Part shown: one piece after another, positions 1 to 12,395 of the stretch
How the letters are laid out: every line of letters starts with the position of its first letter
How positions within the stretch are numbered: position 1 is the stretch's first letter
NCBI GenBank assembly: GCA_964016885.1
Contig: OZ024756.1
Span: 16,802,001 to 16,866,000, forward strand
DNA from: Eledone cirrhosa
Taxonomy: Eukaryota
DNA length: 64,000 nt
Reading direction: 5' to 3'
Translations under genes and position numbers: made by a program
Notes under the pieces: generated by a model
The model's database searches: none
Told to the model about the DNA's origin: nothing
The model's input: only the letters and a program-made list of their open reading frames with translations

Positions 1-467
1 TATTTAGTCCTAGCACTAGTATCTGTTGACACTGACTGACTGTATTTAGTCCCAGCACTAGTATCTGTTGACACTGACTGACTGTATTTAGTCCCAGCAC
101 TAGTATCTGTTGACACTGACTGACTGTATTTAGTCCCAGCACTGGTATCTGTTGACACTGACTGACTGTATTTAGTCCCAGCACTGGTATCTGTTGACAC
201 TGACTGACTGTATTTAGTCCTAGCACTGGTGTCTATTGACACTGACTGACTGTATTTAGTCCTAGCACTGGTATCTATTGACACTGACTGACTGTATTTA
301 GTCCTAGCAGTGGTATCTGTTGACACTGACTGACTGTATTTAGTCCTAGCACTAGTATCTGTTGACACTGACTGACTGTATTTAGTCCTAGCACTGGTAT
401 CTGTTGACACTGACTGACTGTATTTAGTCCCAGCACTAGTATCTGTTGACACTGACTGACTGTATTT
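1..467. repeat. 42-bp minisatellite, about 11 copies, truncated by window start
   Basis: Unit TATTTAGTCC(T/C)AGCACT(A/G)GTATCTGTTGACACTGACTGACTG repeated head to tail. Confidence 0.95.
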
Positions 468-1237
468 GTTTCTACCTGGTACCAGTAACTGTTCATCATG
501 AGTTGTTCATAAGTAAATGAAATAACATTATTTTGTGTTATTCCGATTCAAACCTAAAATAATGATGTTAATATCAATATTTTTTAAATGTTCACCTCGG
601 TTAGTCAGTTTCTGTATGATGGGAGAGATGTAAACCTCAAATTACTGAACAAAATTGTGAGGAGGTGAATTTACTTTTGAAAAGTTGCCTCTGAGTAAAT
701 GGGATGAATAAGGTTGGGTAGCCCTGGTGTGTGTGGTGGGGGTGATGAGAGAGTATCTGTTTACTTGTTAAAGGATAGAATTTCACGAATGCCAGAAATA
801 TGATAATAGCAAGCTGTGAGACAATTGAAAATGGAGAAGACATGTAGATGATGTAGAATGTATGTTGTCATAGTAGTAGTAGTAGTAGTTATAGTAGCAA
901 CAATAGTATCAGCAGCAGTAGCAGTTAGTTAGACTGGACCTAAATGATTCAACTCTTAACGTCCTGTACCACCTAAAACAGCATTAGCAAGACATTCTTG
1001 CAAAGTACACAACAGCATTACAATTGCATTGCACTACAAATTAAAGTTATATTACAAATTTTCACAAGGAATTGTCCTCTAGTAAACATATTCTAGATAA
1101 ACATTTGAATTAACATTCACACACACAAACGTGTATACAAACATAAACAAAGAAACAAAAAATATTGTGGCTTGTGTTGGGGGTTGTTGGACTTTCGCCT
1201 TTCTTACAACATAGCTATGATGTTCCAGCAAAGCGAG

Positions 1238-1269
<32 letters not shown>

Positions 1270-1273
<4 letters not shown>

Positions 1274-1595
1274 TTAGAGCATTGGCCTTGCAATCGAAAG
1301 GTTGTGAGTTCAATTCTCAGACCGGGTGATGTGTTGTTTCCTTGAGCAAGACACTTTATTTCACATTGCTCCAGTTTACTCAGCTGTAGAAATGAGATGA
1401 TAGGGACTGGGTTCCCTATCATTCCACTGCAAAGTGGACGTGTAGGCGCCACGGCAAAAAAAGCACCCAGCACTCACTGTAAATGAGGTTGGTGTTAGGA
1501 AGGGCATCCAGCTGTAGAAATCAAGCCAGAATCAGTTCCCGTCCCACCCTTGCAAGCAGGGAAAAGCGGACGTAAAATGAAATGATGAATGATGA
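1270..1595 (+). mobile_element. tRNA-headed CORE-type SINE with (TGA)n tail, 5' end clipped by a (TA)n tract
   Basis: B-box GAGTTCAATTC, CORE-like CCTTGAGCAAGACACTT...CTCAGCTGTAGAAATG, tail GGACGTAAAATGAAATGATGA; near-identical reverse copy at 44660-45003. Confidence 0.85.
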
Positions 1596-1609
1596 TATAT
1601 GTGTGCTTT

Positions 1610-1865
1610 TTTTATTTTAGATACTTTTTGCAGTAAACATACTCTATATAAACCTTGTTTTTTTTTCCAGATATTTTCTGCAGTAAATATACTCTATATA
1701 AACAGAATTTACAAACTGTTTTTTCAGATATTTTCTGTAGTAAACATACTTTATATAAACAGTATTAACAAACCCTGTTTTTTTTAGATATTTTCTGTAG
1801 TACACATTACTCTATATAAACATTAGAATTAACAAACACTGTTTTTTTAAAACTATTTTCTGTGA
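1610..1865. repeat. Degenerate ~58-60 bp tandem array, also present at 3690-3835
   Basis: Repeated TTTTTCAGATATTTTCTG(C/T)AGTAAA(T/C)ATACTCTATATAAAC...ACAAAC. Confidence 0.75.
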
Positions 1866-2025
1866 GCATGTTGACTTGCTTCAAAGTGAGTAGTTAATCC
1901 CTATGGTGTGAGGTATGGGGCTAATTGTCACACTTGATGGTGAATTGACCCCCAACCCTAACATTTTTCGTTTTTTTCCTTTATCATTATTGTTCAATGA
2001 ATTATATTATTATATTTTTATACAC

Positions 2026-3110
2026 GGTTAGCAAGGAATAGTGTACAAGTTGGCATCCACCAGGGCTCTGTCCTTAGACCGCTCCTGTTTTGCAGGCTAT
2101 AACAGAGGAGTTTAAGACTGTCTGCCCATGGGAATTTCTGTACATGGATGATCTTATGCTCATAGTTGAATCCATGGTGGAACTAGAGAAGAAATTCCAA
2201 ACAAGGAAGCAGGGGCTAGAAAGAAAGGGTCTTAAAGTCAACCTGCAAAGACTAAGGTTCTAGTAAGTAGAAAAGAAAATAGAACCCAGAGCCCCTCAGG
2301 GAAATGGCCTTGTCCAGTATGTAGGAAAGGCGTTAGTAGAAAGTCCATGCTCTGCCCCATATGCAAAATGTGGGTACACAAGAAATGTAGTGGGATCTCA
2401 GGAAGTTTAGCTAAGAATGTAGGCTTTACATGTAGCAGTTGCACTGGAACAGTAAACAACAAACAACCACAGGAAACAAGCACTACCAAATTCTCAGGGG
2501 GCTCTGTAGAAACAGTAGATAGCTTCTGCTACTTAGGTGACCAAATTAATAGTGGTGGTGGGTGTTCTGAAAGTACAGTAGCCAGAGTAAGAACGGGATG
2601 GAGGAAGTACAGGGAGCTACTACCACTGCTAGCTACAAAAGGCTTCTCCCTTAGAATGAAAGGCAGATTGTATGATGCACGTGTACATACAGCTATGTTG
2701 CATGGTAGTGAGACTTGGGCGCTGTGTGCAGAAGACTTGCATAGATTGGAAAGAAATAAAGCCTACGTGCTCCGATGGAAGTGTAATAGTAATATACAAG
2801 AACGGTGAAGCATAAATGAACTGAGAGAGAGACTAGGCATAAGAGGAATCAAATGTTGAGTGCAAGAGAGGAGATTGTGTTGGTATGGACATGTGTTGTG
2901 TATGAAGGATGACAGCTGCATAAAAAAGTGCAGAGCGCTTAAAGTCGCTGGAAGCCTTGGAGTAGGGAGCCCCAGGAAGACCTGGGATGAGGTGATAAAA
3001 GCCGACCTTGTCCAATTGCACCTCTCAAAGGAGATGACATGTGACCGTGATCTCTGGTGATATGCAGTAATGGATAGGACCTGACTTCCCATGAGCAAAA
3101 GCTGAAGCAT
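2026..3110 (+). mobile_element. 5'-truncated, decayed RTE-clade LINE (RT C-terminal half with embedded PHD-like finger)
   Basis: Frames give VGIHQGSVL, FLYMDDL, GLKV.., FCYLGDQINSGGGC, AMLHGSETWAL, RRLCWYGHV, GSPRKTWDEVIKAD; stops and frameshifts present. Confidence 0.92.
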
Positions 3111-3358
3111 ATGTATAGTATCCCCACCCCACCCCACCCCACACTGTAAAGCGGACGTGTAAAAGACACGGCAAAAAGCACCCAGCACACACTGTCAATG
3201 TATTTGGCATTAGGAAGGGCATCCAGCCATAAACACCCCTGTATGAGCGAGAGATGGTCACCCGTCCCAACTTGCTTCTAAATGTGACTCGTCTAACCCA
3301 TGCTAGCATGGAAGATAGACGTTGATCGATGATGGTGATGAGACATTATATTTGTATT

Positions 3359-3537
3359 GCGGTGGATTGCCAGTATCGATAGAGGGTCGGACGCCATCCT
3401 TTGCAGCAAAGAGTTACGGCCCTTTGTGGTCTGAGTTCAAATCCCTCCGAGGTTAACTTTGCCTTTCATCCTTAAGGGGGTCGATAAAATAAAGTACCAG
3501 TAATGTACTGGGTAATTGCTAGCCTTGTGCCAATTAT
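3359..3537 (+). mobile_element. Meta-domain-type SINE
   Basis: GAGTTCAAATCC B-box then GCCTTTCATCCTT..GGGGTCGATAAAATAAAGTACCAG central domain and GCCTTGTGCC tail. Confidence 0.8.
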
Positions 3538-4255
3538 ATTTGTAATGTTCTGAACAAATTGCCAGAAATTTATAATGTTATTTACGCATTTGTAATGTTA
3601 TTTATGTATATATTGTTATTTATGTATATATTTAAAACATATTTGTAATGTTACTCAGCTGTAAATTTATACAGTTGTAAATAAAAACGAATTTTCTGCT
3701 AGTACACATACCCTATATAAATATTAGAATTAACAAACAGCATTTGTTTTTAGATATTTTCTCTAATAAATACTCAATACAAACATTAGAACTAACAAAC
3801 CCTGTTTTTTTCAGATATTTTCTGCTAGTACATTACAGGATATTAAGTGTTAATGTCTCAGACAGTTTCAGGTTACATGGAACTAGACTCTGTACTGGAG
3901 AATTAATAAAAATGATCAAATTGAACTGGTATGATGAGTGTTGGGTGGTGGTGAGTGAAGGTTAATGTGTGGTGGTGAGAGGAGGGAAGTGGTTGAAAGA
4001 GTTGGTAGGGGAGTAGGGAGGTGGTGAGTGAAGGGAGGTTTTTGATAGGGTTGATAGGGAGGTGGTTGACAGGGTTGGTAGGGGAGCATGTAGGTGGTGA
4101 GTGAAGGATGGTTGTTGACAGGGTTAGTAGAACGGAATGAGTATTCCAGTTTTTCAATCAATGAAATAGTCAGCTTCTGAAATTAAGGGGCTTAGCATTG
4201 CACAGATATGTACTCCTAACTTAGTTCTCAGGGAGATTCAGCATGATAGAGTGTT

Positions 4256-4697
4256 TGGCAGTATCAGTAGAGCGTCAGACAACATGCTTTGCGGCATAGA
4301 GTTACAACCCTTTACGGTCTGTGTTCAAATCCCACTGAGGTTAGCTTTGCCTTTCATCCTTACGGGGTCGATAAAATAAAGCACCAGTAATACACTGGGG
4401 TCGATTTAATCGACTTTCCTCTCTCCATCAAATTGCTGGCCTTGTTCCTAAAGTAGAAACAATTATAGTGTAAGGGCAGTATCGGTAGAGCATCAGACAT
4501 CATGCTTTGCAGCATGGAGTTGTGGCCCTTTACGGTCTGAGTTCAAATCCTGCCAAGGTTAGTTTTGCCTTTCATCCTTACGGGGGGGGGGGGGGTTTCA
4601 ATAAAATAAAACACCAGTAATGCACTGGGGTCAATTTAATAGACTTTCCTCTCCCTTTCAAATTGTTGGCCTTCATCCTAAAGTAGAAAGAATTATA
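4256..4697 (+). mobile_element. Two tandem Meta-domain-type SINEs
   Basis: Two consecutive units with GTTCAAATCC and GCCTTTCATCCTTACGGGG, each ending AAAGTAGAAA(C/G)AATTATAGTGTAAG. Confidence 0.8.
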
Positions 4698-4843
4698 GTG
4701 TAAGATGAATTCGAGGTACAGTCTATTAAAAAAACTCCCAAATGTCTCCCCAATTTCATTGACAGTACTTCAACCTGAGGCTATGATGACTGTGAAGTGA
4801 GCTTCTTAACCCTTCAACTATGTTGTCTCTATAACAGAGTTAA

Positions 4844-5063
4844 CCCTTTAGCATTCACATTACTCTATATATACTATTATATTTTCATGGTAAAGGCTTT
4901 ACTTCGCATAATTATCTCACATAATATAAAATCTATGAGATTTTGAAAGTATTTATTTTGAGAACAATACCTTAACATCAGTATGAGTGGCCAGTTACAG
5001 CCAATTTCAACAGAAAGAGGTAGAGAATTCTGGCTGGTATTGGCTGGTTTGAACATTAAAGGG
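4844..5063 (+). mobile_element. 220-bp piggyBac-type MITE
   Basis: TTAA|CCCTTTAGCATT ... AACATTAAAGGG|TTAA; same 220-bp length at 12396, 25087 and 46771. Confidence 0.9.
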
Positions 5064-5194
5064 TTAAGCAACATAACATACAATCCCCCATGACTATAAC
5101 TGAGATAAGCAACATAACAGACAATCAACCATGTCTGTGTCTGTGACAGAGATAAGCAATACAACAACCACTGAACCATGCTGTGTTTTTGACA

Positions 5195-5625
5195 ACAACA
5201 AAGAGCATCCCATCTGCCCTGTAAAGTGGGTAGTGTTGGAGACATAACAAAAAGTGCCCAGTCCACACTGTAAAGAGGGTAGTGTTGGTGACATAACAAA
5301 AAGTGCCCAGTCCACACTGTAAAGTGGGTTGTGTTGGCGACATGACAAAAAGCGCCCAGTCCACACTGTAAAATGGGTCGTGTTGGTGACATGACAAAAA
5401 GCGCCCAGTCCACACTGTAAAGTGGTTGTGTTGGTGTCAAGATAAAAAGTGCCCAGTCCATACAATAAATGTGGTTGGTGTTAGGAAGGGCATGCGGCCA
5501 TAAAAACCAAGTCAAAATCAGTTCTGTATGAGCAAGAGACGGTCATCTGATCTAGCTTGTTTCCCAATGGGACAACTTGTTTAACTGATGCTAGCATGGA
5601 AAATGGACGTTAAATGATGATGATG
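5195..5625 (+). mobile_element. SINE 3' body with internal 49-bp tandem expansion and (TGA)n tail
   Basis: About 5 copies of GTGCCCAGTCCACACTGTAAAGTGGGTAGTGTTGGTGACATAACAAAAA, then GGTGTTAGGAAGGGCAT...GCTAGCATGGAA...GACGTTAAATGATGATGA. Confidence 0.75.
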
Positions 5626-6177
5626 AACCATGCTGTGCCTATGAGAGAGATAAGCAATATAATACATGAAATGATTTAATTAAGACAATGGTAAATTGAC
5701 AGAGTTGTTAGAGCCTTGCAGTATTTGCTATGGTTCTCTATGCTCTGAGTTCAAGTCCTGTTAAGATCAACTTTGCCTTTCATCATTTCATGGTCAATAA
5801 AATATTGTATCAGTCTAGCGGCAGTGGATTGGCTGAAGTGGATTGGCAATGAGATAACTTGTGGTATTTATCCTGGCTTCTTGCATTCGGTGTTCAAATC
5901 CTGCTGTTACCTACTTAGCTGCTAGACTTAACTCTTAATATCCTGCAATGATTTAGCAGAAAAATATCTTTAAATGGTTTTGTTAATTCAGATGTTTATA
6001 GTATCTTTAAAAGTGAACAGATTGTTGTGAAAATAAAATGATCAATGGCCCAAAGCTGAACATAAATACATCTAGTACAAACTTAAGCTATCCACAAAAT
6101 ATGACTGTTGTTTGTGCAGGAAGGTTCCGTATAGTATCATGTTAACATCCTTGTCATTCTGCCTCTATAATGGGTAT

Positions 6178-6450
6178 TCATCATCATCATCGTTATTATC
6201 ATTTTTAAGTCTGTTTTTCCACAAGTCCTTTTCAGCACAACATCTCTCCACTTGCCACGTTCCTTCATCATCTCCTCTGTGAGTCTCACTAATTTGAGAT
6301 CAGCTCTCACCAACTCTGCCCAGGTCTTCCTTGGTATAGCTCTACTACAGCTTCCTTCCTGGGATTTTCTAGCACTTCTGCACCCAGCGATCATCATCCA
6401 TGCGCATCACATATCCGTACCAACGCAGTCTTATCTCTTGCATATCACTT
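6178..6450 (-). mobile_element. RTE LINE 3' end fragment
   Basis: Minus frame PRKTWAELVRADLKLVRLTEEMMKERGKWRDVV followed by (TGA)n. Confidence 0.8.
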
Positions 6451-6679
6451 CGGATTCCTCTTAAAGTCAGTTTCTCCTTCATGTTTGGAAATTTGTGTTT
6501 TCAATAATATGCTACATATAAAAAACAAGCTGAAGGTAAATGTATGTATGTATACCATAAGGGAAACATTGTTAGAGTTAGGGCTAGGTTTAGAACCTGC
6601 AAACAAAATACCCAGAAAATCAAAGCCAACTTCGAACTCAAGCGAGATATTAACTAAACACTTGTATAATACTATCTTA

Positions 6680-6900
6680 ATAATGATTTCTAGTATAGAC
6701 ACAAAGCCAGCAATTTGGGGTGAGGGGAAAGTCGATTAAATTGACCCCAGTGCATTACTAGTACTTTATTTTATCGACCCCGTAAGGATGAAAAGCAAAG
6801 CTAACCTCGGAGGGATTTGAACTCAGAACGCAAAGGGCCGTAACTATGCAGCCAAGCATGTTGTCCGGCGCTCTACCGATATCTCCAATCTACTGCCCTT
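6680..6900 (-). mobile_element. Meta-domain-type SINE
   Basis: TACTTTATTTTATCGACCCCGTAAGGATGAAA...GGATTTGAACTCAG, the reverse complement of the family consensus. Confidence 0.8.
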
Positions 6901-7019
6901 TAATAATGAAATAATTAATAATTTTAGTAAATACCTCCAAAATTTTCATTAATTACATCAAATAAGAAATATGGTCATGGAAGTGTTAAGTAACTTTGTA
7001 AATAAATAGGTGATATAAT

Positions 7020-7407
7020 CATTGGTTTACTGGTTCCAGTCATTGGACTGAGGCCATGCTGGGGCACCCCTTTCAAGGCTTTTTGAACATATCAAACCCA
7101 GTACTTATTTTTAAGTCTGTTATTTTATTGATCTCTATTTGTCCAACTGTTAATTCACATGACATACACAAACAAAACAGACTATAACATGGTGTCAACA
7201 AAAATACAAGCACAAGGGATGCATACACTCATACAATGGACTTCTGCACAGTTTCTGCCTACCAAATTTCACTCACAAGGCATTGATCATCCTGAATGAG
7301 TAAATAGTAGAAGACACTTGCCCAACGTACCAGATCAGGAGTAAGATTGAACTAGGAACCATGTTATTGCAATGTGAACTTGTTAACCACACAACCATTC
7401 ATGCCTG

Positions 7408-7410
<3 letters not shown>
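7020..7410 (-). mobile_element. tRNA-headed SINE of a third family
   Basis: Minus-strand head TGGTTGTGTGGTTAA...AGTTCAATC...TTGGGCAAGTGTCTTCTAC; related pieces at ~22830, ~38730, ~39880, ~41115. Confidence 0.6.
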
Positions 7411-7438
<28 letters not shown>

Positions 7439-8440
7439 GTTTATGTTAATTAACTTAATTAAGATTCTGGAGCTGTTGTAGTAAATTATTCCTAAATATA
7501 ACTTTCATTTGAGTCAGATAAGAGCTGGAGGTGGTGATGGAATGCCGTATTGTGGGGGGACGGGGGACGGCGGTTGCAGTTGATTTTATATTTAATCTTA
7601 TCAAACAATAAAATTCTTTAATTAGTAATTAGATAATTACAATAATGAGTAATTGAAATTTAGAATTAAAAAAGGGGGTTGAATTGGGGAGGGTGGGTGA
7701 TAGAAGTAAAAAAAAAAAAACATTAGAAAAAATGTTTTTCCCTGTTTAAGGTTAAAAAAAAAATCTATTTATTTTTTCAGCTGATGATCTACCATAACTT
7801 GTTAGGTTCTCCTAAATAGCTGCTGGTATATCAAATGGTAAATGGCAGCACTAGATGGTAAATGGCAGTACCAACAGGAAATTAACAGAGGAATCTATAC
7901 ACTATAGAGAGAGGGGAGAAATGGGAAACCTTTGAACAGGAGCCACAAAGAAAGGGTGTGTTTGTGACAGATTGTCTGATAAGTGTTGAGGATTGTGAAA
8001 ACAGAGAGGCCTCTCTACCTCCCTCTCTGTCTATATGTTTGTTTGTCTGTCTGTCTGTCTCTCCCTCTCTCTCTGAATGTTGTTGTTTTTACTTGGCTAA
8101 ATATACCCACTGCTACCCAGGGAAAGCAGCCAGCCAGCCAGCCAGCCAACCAGTTAGCCAGCCAGCTCTACAAATAAATACATGTGTTTCTCCTCATACT
8201 TCTTATGCAAGTGATATCTTATAAATGCTGTGGCTTACTAAACAACATATTTCATACACACACTGCTACATACAACTATATAGAGCTTTACACTGCTACA
8301 TACAGCCATGCTGAGACACAACACAATTGCAATGTTGTTTCTTAGTATTTAAAGATGCTACTTAGATTTGTCGGTGTAAAAAGTTAATGTTGTGTGAAAT
8401 AGTTGAGATATCACATTGAAAGTGTCACTATATCTATATA

Positions 8441-8519
8441 CAGGGTGTCCCTAAAAAATGTATACACACTTCAACAGCAATCTAATCAAAGTGTGTTTAC
8501 ATTTTTTTAGGATACCCTG
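8441..8519. mobile_element. 79-bp Tc1/mariner-type mini-MITE
   Basis: TA|CAGGGTGTCCCTAAAAAATGTATACACACTT ... AAGTGTGTTTACATTTTTTTAGGATACCCTG|TA. Confidence 0.8.
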
Positions 8520-9034
8520 TATAGATATATACAGCTATATACCACATATATATATATACATTTATACCACACACACACATATATACACACACACTCACAT
8601 ACACACACACACATATATATAAACACCATTACTATATAGAGAGATATATATTATACACACACACATATATTAACATCATTACTATATAGTTACACTACAT
8701 ACACATTATAGACATTAAAACATGCTGTTAAATTATTTTTCTCACATAATTAAAACTAGACATTAAATCATTAAATCATCCCTGGCATTAATTTACAGAC
8801 TCAGAAAAGACAGACACACGGACAGGAATATTTAGGAATTACTAAAATAATCATTGTTTCTACTTTTGGAACAAGGCCAGCAATTAGGGAGAAGGGAGTG
8901 GGGGAAGTTGGTTGTATTGAACCCAGTATTTAACTGGTGATAGATTTTTATTGACTCCAGAAAGGTGAAAGGTAAAAATTGACATCCGCAGGATTTGAAC
9001 TCAGAACACAAAGTGATAAAGTTGTAACTATATA

Positions 9035-10022
9035 CAGTGTACCCCTGGCATTCGCAGTCCTGACATTCACTGTCCTGGCATTCGCAGTCTCGACATTCAT
9101 TGTCCCGACATTCATTGTCCTGGCATTCGCAGCCCTGGCATTCATTGTCCTGGCATTCGCAGTCCTGGCATTCATTGTCCTGGCATTCGCAGTCCCGACA
9201 TTCATTGTCCTGGCATTCGTGGTCCCGGCATTCATTGTCCCGGCATTCATTGTCCTGGCATTTGCAGTCCCGACATTCATTGTCCTGGCATTCGCGGCCC
9301 CGGCATTCATTGTCCTGGCATTTGCAGTCCCGGCATTCATTGTCCCGACATTCACAGTCTTAGCATTCATTGTCCTGGCATTCGCAGTCCCGACATTCAT
9401 TGTCCCGACATTCATTGTCCTGGCATTCGCGGTCCTGGCATTCATTGTCCCGACATTCATTGTCCTGGCATTCGTGGTCCCGACATTCATTGTTGTGGCA
9501 TTCATTGTCCTGGCATTCATTGTCCCGACATTCATTGTCCTGGCATTCGCGGTCCTGGCATTCATTGTCCCAACATTCATTGTCCTGGCATTCATTGTCC
9601 CGACATTCATTGTCCTGGCATTTGTGGTCCCGACATTCATTGTTGTGGCATTCATTGTCCTGGCATTCACAGTCCAGATATTCATTGTCCTGGCATTCGC
9701 GATCCCGACATTCATGATCCCTGCATTCGTGGTATTTTCCTTAGAACCTAACTAATAATTGTTCGTGAAAACCATCACATATTCGCAGGATTGTAAATAT
9801 CTCCTGCAATTTTTTTAATGGCTCTTTTCATGGCAATATATATTTTTTCATGCTCTTTAACACTAAATTATTAATAACAATATACTGTGTTTGCTGGCCT
9901 ATATCTTACGTTATGTTTTGACGTTTATAGGCATTTTTATGGACCATGTCAAATATTCGCAGTTTTTCACTCTTCACGGGTGCTCTAGGAACGAAAACCT
10001 CATGAATACCAGGGGATAATTG
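9035..10022. mobile_element. Tigger/pogo-type MITE carrying an internal 15-bp minisatellite
   Basis: TA|CAGTGTACCCCTGGCATTCGC ... GAATACCAGGGGATAATTG|TA; 9730-10022 matches the reverse complement of the unexpanded copy at 47038-47364. Confidence 0.88.
9045..9731. repeat. 15-bp minisatellite, about 45 copies
   Basis: Unit GTCC(T/C)G(G/A)CATTC(ATT/GCA/GCG). Confidence 0.95.
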
Positions 10023-10466
10023 TACTGCCAATCTTTTTGTCCAACCCTCTAAGACTTTACAAGGGAAATCTTTCTTAAAAATACTTTAGAACACATAAAG
10101 TAAATTGTTATTCCTAAACAAACCAGCATTCATATATAATCATCTTTAGACACACACACATACATTGTAAAATGATCCAAGAGTAAAAAAGTCTGCAGAA
10201 GGGGAAGATCGATGAAGAAGGAATGGGATGAAGTGGTGGTGGTGAGTTGCCGGCAGGATGTTGAATGTTGAGATGGATGGAAATGACAAGGGACTGCCTA
10301 TGTAAGCATAGGAATCTGAACATAAAACGATGATGATGATGATCATAATTTTTTTTTTGCAATCTATGTCTGCTTCTCACATTGGCATGGGTTGGATGAG
10401 TTGTCATGTTTTGTTACTGGGGAGGTTGGAGAATGTCACCTCGCCATATATATATATATATATACA

Positions 10467-10563
10467 CAGGGTGTCCTCAAAAATGTATGCGCACTTCAAC
10501 AGCATTCTAATAAATATTGCCTGTACAGGTAATCAAAATGTGTATATATTTTTGGGGACACTG
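10467..10563. mobile_element. Tc1/mariner-type mini-MITE, same family as 8441; degenerate copy near 16930-17020
   Basis: CAGGGTGTCCTCAAAAATGTATGCGCACTT ... ATGTGTATATATTTTTGGGGACACTG|TA. Confidence 0.75.
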
Positions 10564-10696
10564 TATACACACACACATACACACACATATATATATATAT
10601 AAACACATCATGTAAAAATTAGAAAATTAGCAAAAGAAGGAAAGTTTGAGAATTAAGTAAAATGCATAGACTTGTTTAACATAGAAACATGTTGAA

Positions 10697-10830
10697 AGTC
10701 CCAGAATATATCTGTAAGTCCCAGAATATGTCTATAAAACCCAGAATATGTCTATAAATCCCAGAATATGTCTACAAGTGCCAGAATATGTTTATAAGTC
10801 CCAGAATATGTCTATAAGTCCCAGAATTAA
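10697..10830. repeat. 20-bp minisatellite, about 7 copies
   Basis: GTCCCAGAATATGTCTATAA with period 20. Confidence 0.9.
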
Positions 10831-12395
10831 AACAGAATTATTATGTCACAGTTGTGACTGTTAGTCCCAGAATATAGACAGGGGACTAAAACAAGAATTA
10901 TGTCATAGCTATTGTATGTCTGTGAGTTGCAGAATATAGCTAGCTGTTAAATGTAGAATTTGTCTGTGAGGTGTAGAAGATGTCTGTTAGATAGGAACTG
11001 AAATAAGTAGAACCAAACTGTGAAATAACAAGAAAAGATGATCGAGTTACAGTACAAATCTTACCTTCACAGCAACTACAGCATGTTTCTCATTCACCTC
11101 TTAGAACTTTTGAAAATACCCTCTACTGACAACTATGTGTGGATATGTGTGTATGAGTGTATCAGGGGGAGTTAAGTCTGCTTTCTTAATTCTAGCCAAT
11201 GATCACAAGAACTAGGATTTGCGTTAATATGTGTAAAGAGAATAGCAATTGTTACCAAAGAAGAAAAAAAAAATCTAAAAGTAAAAAAATAATAATAAAG
11301 GATAAAATTAGAAGAAAAAGTTGTTTGTCTTTGAAAAGTTCATTTTTTCGACAGCAGAACAATCTGGATTCCATTTCTATATGTTAAAACAACCAGAAGA
11401 ATTTGTCCTGAATTTAGTGGGAGAAAAATGGGATCTTTAATTTGTTAATAGGTGAGGGTGGAGTGAGACAGGAGTGAGTGTGGAGTGAATCTTCAGTAGT
11501 TCTTGAGTGGGTCTAGATTGAGTGTGGAATGGGTGAGGTGGGGGTGCAGAGTGAATGTGGAGTGAGAGGAAAGTGAGTGAGAAATGAGTCTTGAGTGAGT
11601 GTGGGGTGAAGGGAGGGTGAGTGTGGAATGAGGGGAGAGTGAATGTCAAGTGAGTGTGGAGTGGGTGGGTAGGGAGTGTGGACTGAGCCTTGAGTGAGTG
11701 TGGAGTGGGTGGGTGGTGAGTGTGGAATGAGTCTTGAGTGAGTGTGGAATGGATGTGGGATGAGGGTATATTGATGTATATGTAGAGGGTGCGTATGTAA
11801 GTATGTATGATTGTAGAGGTTATGTTAGTGCGTATGACAGTAGAGATGTTAGTGTGTATGTATGTAGAGGTTATGTCAATGTGTATGTAGAAGGTATGTT
11901 AATAGAAGGTGCGTTACTGTATATGTAGGGGTGTGTATGTAGGTAGTGGGTAAATTAATGTATATGTAAAGGTGCATATGTATGTAGAGAGTATATATAT
12001 GTATGTATATAAGTAGAGTGTATTATGAATATATGTAATGGGTATGTATGTATATATGTAGAAGGTGTATCTAGATCTACCCCTCCAATTCCCATACACC
12101 TCCCTCACCCCAGCTCCTAATTCGCACTGTAAAGTGGTTGTTTTGGTGACATGATATAAAACACCCAGTACACACTGTAAATGTGGTTGGCGTTAGGAAG
12201 AGCATCCAGCTATAGAAACCAAGCCAGAATCAGTTCTGTATGAGAAAGACATGGTTATCTGAGCTGGCTTGTCTCACAACAGGACAATTCATCTAACCCA
12301 TGCTAGCGTGAAAAATGGTTGTTAAACAGTGATGATGATCATGATGATACCCCCATCTCAAAAGTTTCTGGTCTATTTGACAAAACATTCCTTAA

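Noticed and set aside
637-843. 68-aa minus ORF with a hydrophobic, signal-peptide-like start
   Set aside because: No recognisable domain or convincing splice donor; such short ORFs arise by chance.
4750-6175. Possible small + strand exons at about 4765-4795 and from 6119
   Set aside because: Splice signals are moderate or the donor is missing, and the peptides are unrecognisable.
8948-9755. 255-258 aa ORFs on both strands
   Set aside because: They are translations of a 15-bp minisatellite inside a MITE; stop-free frames follow from the unit sequence.
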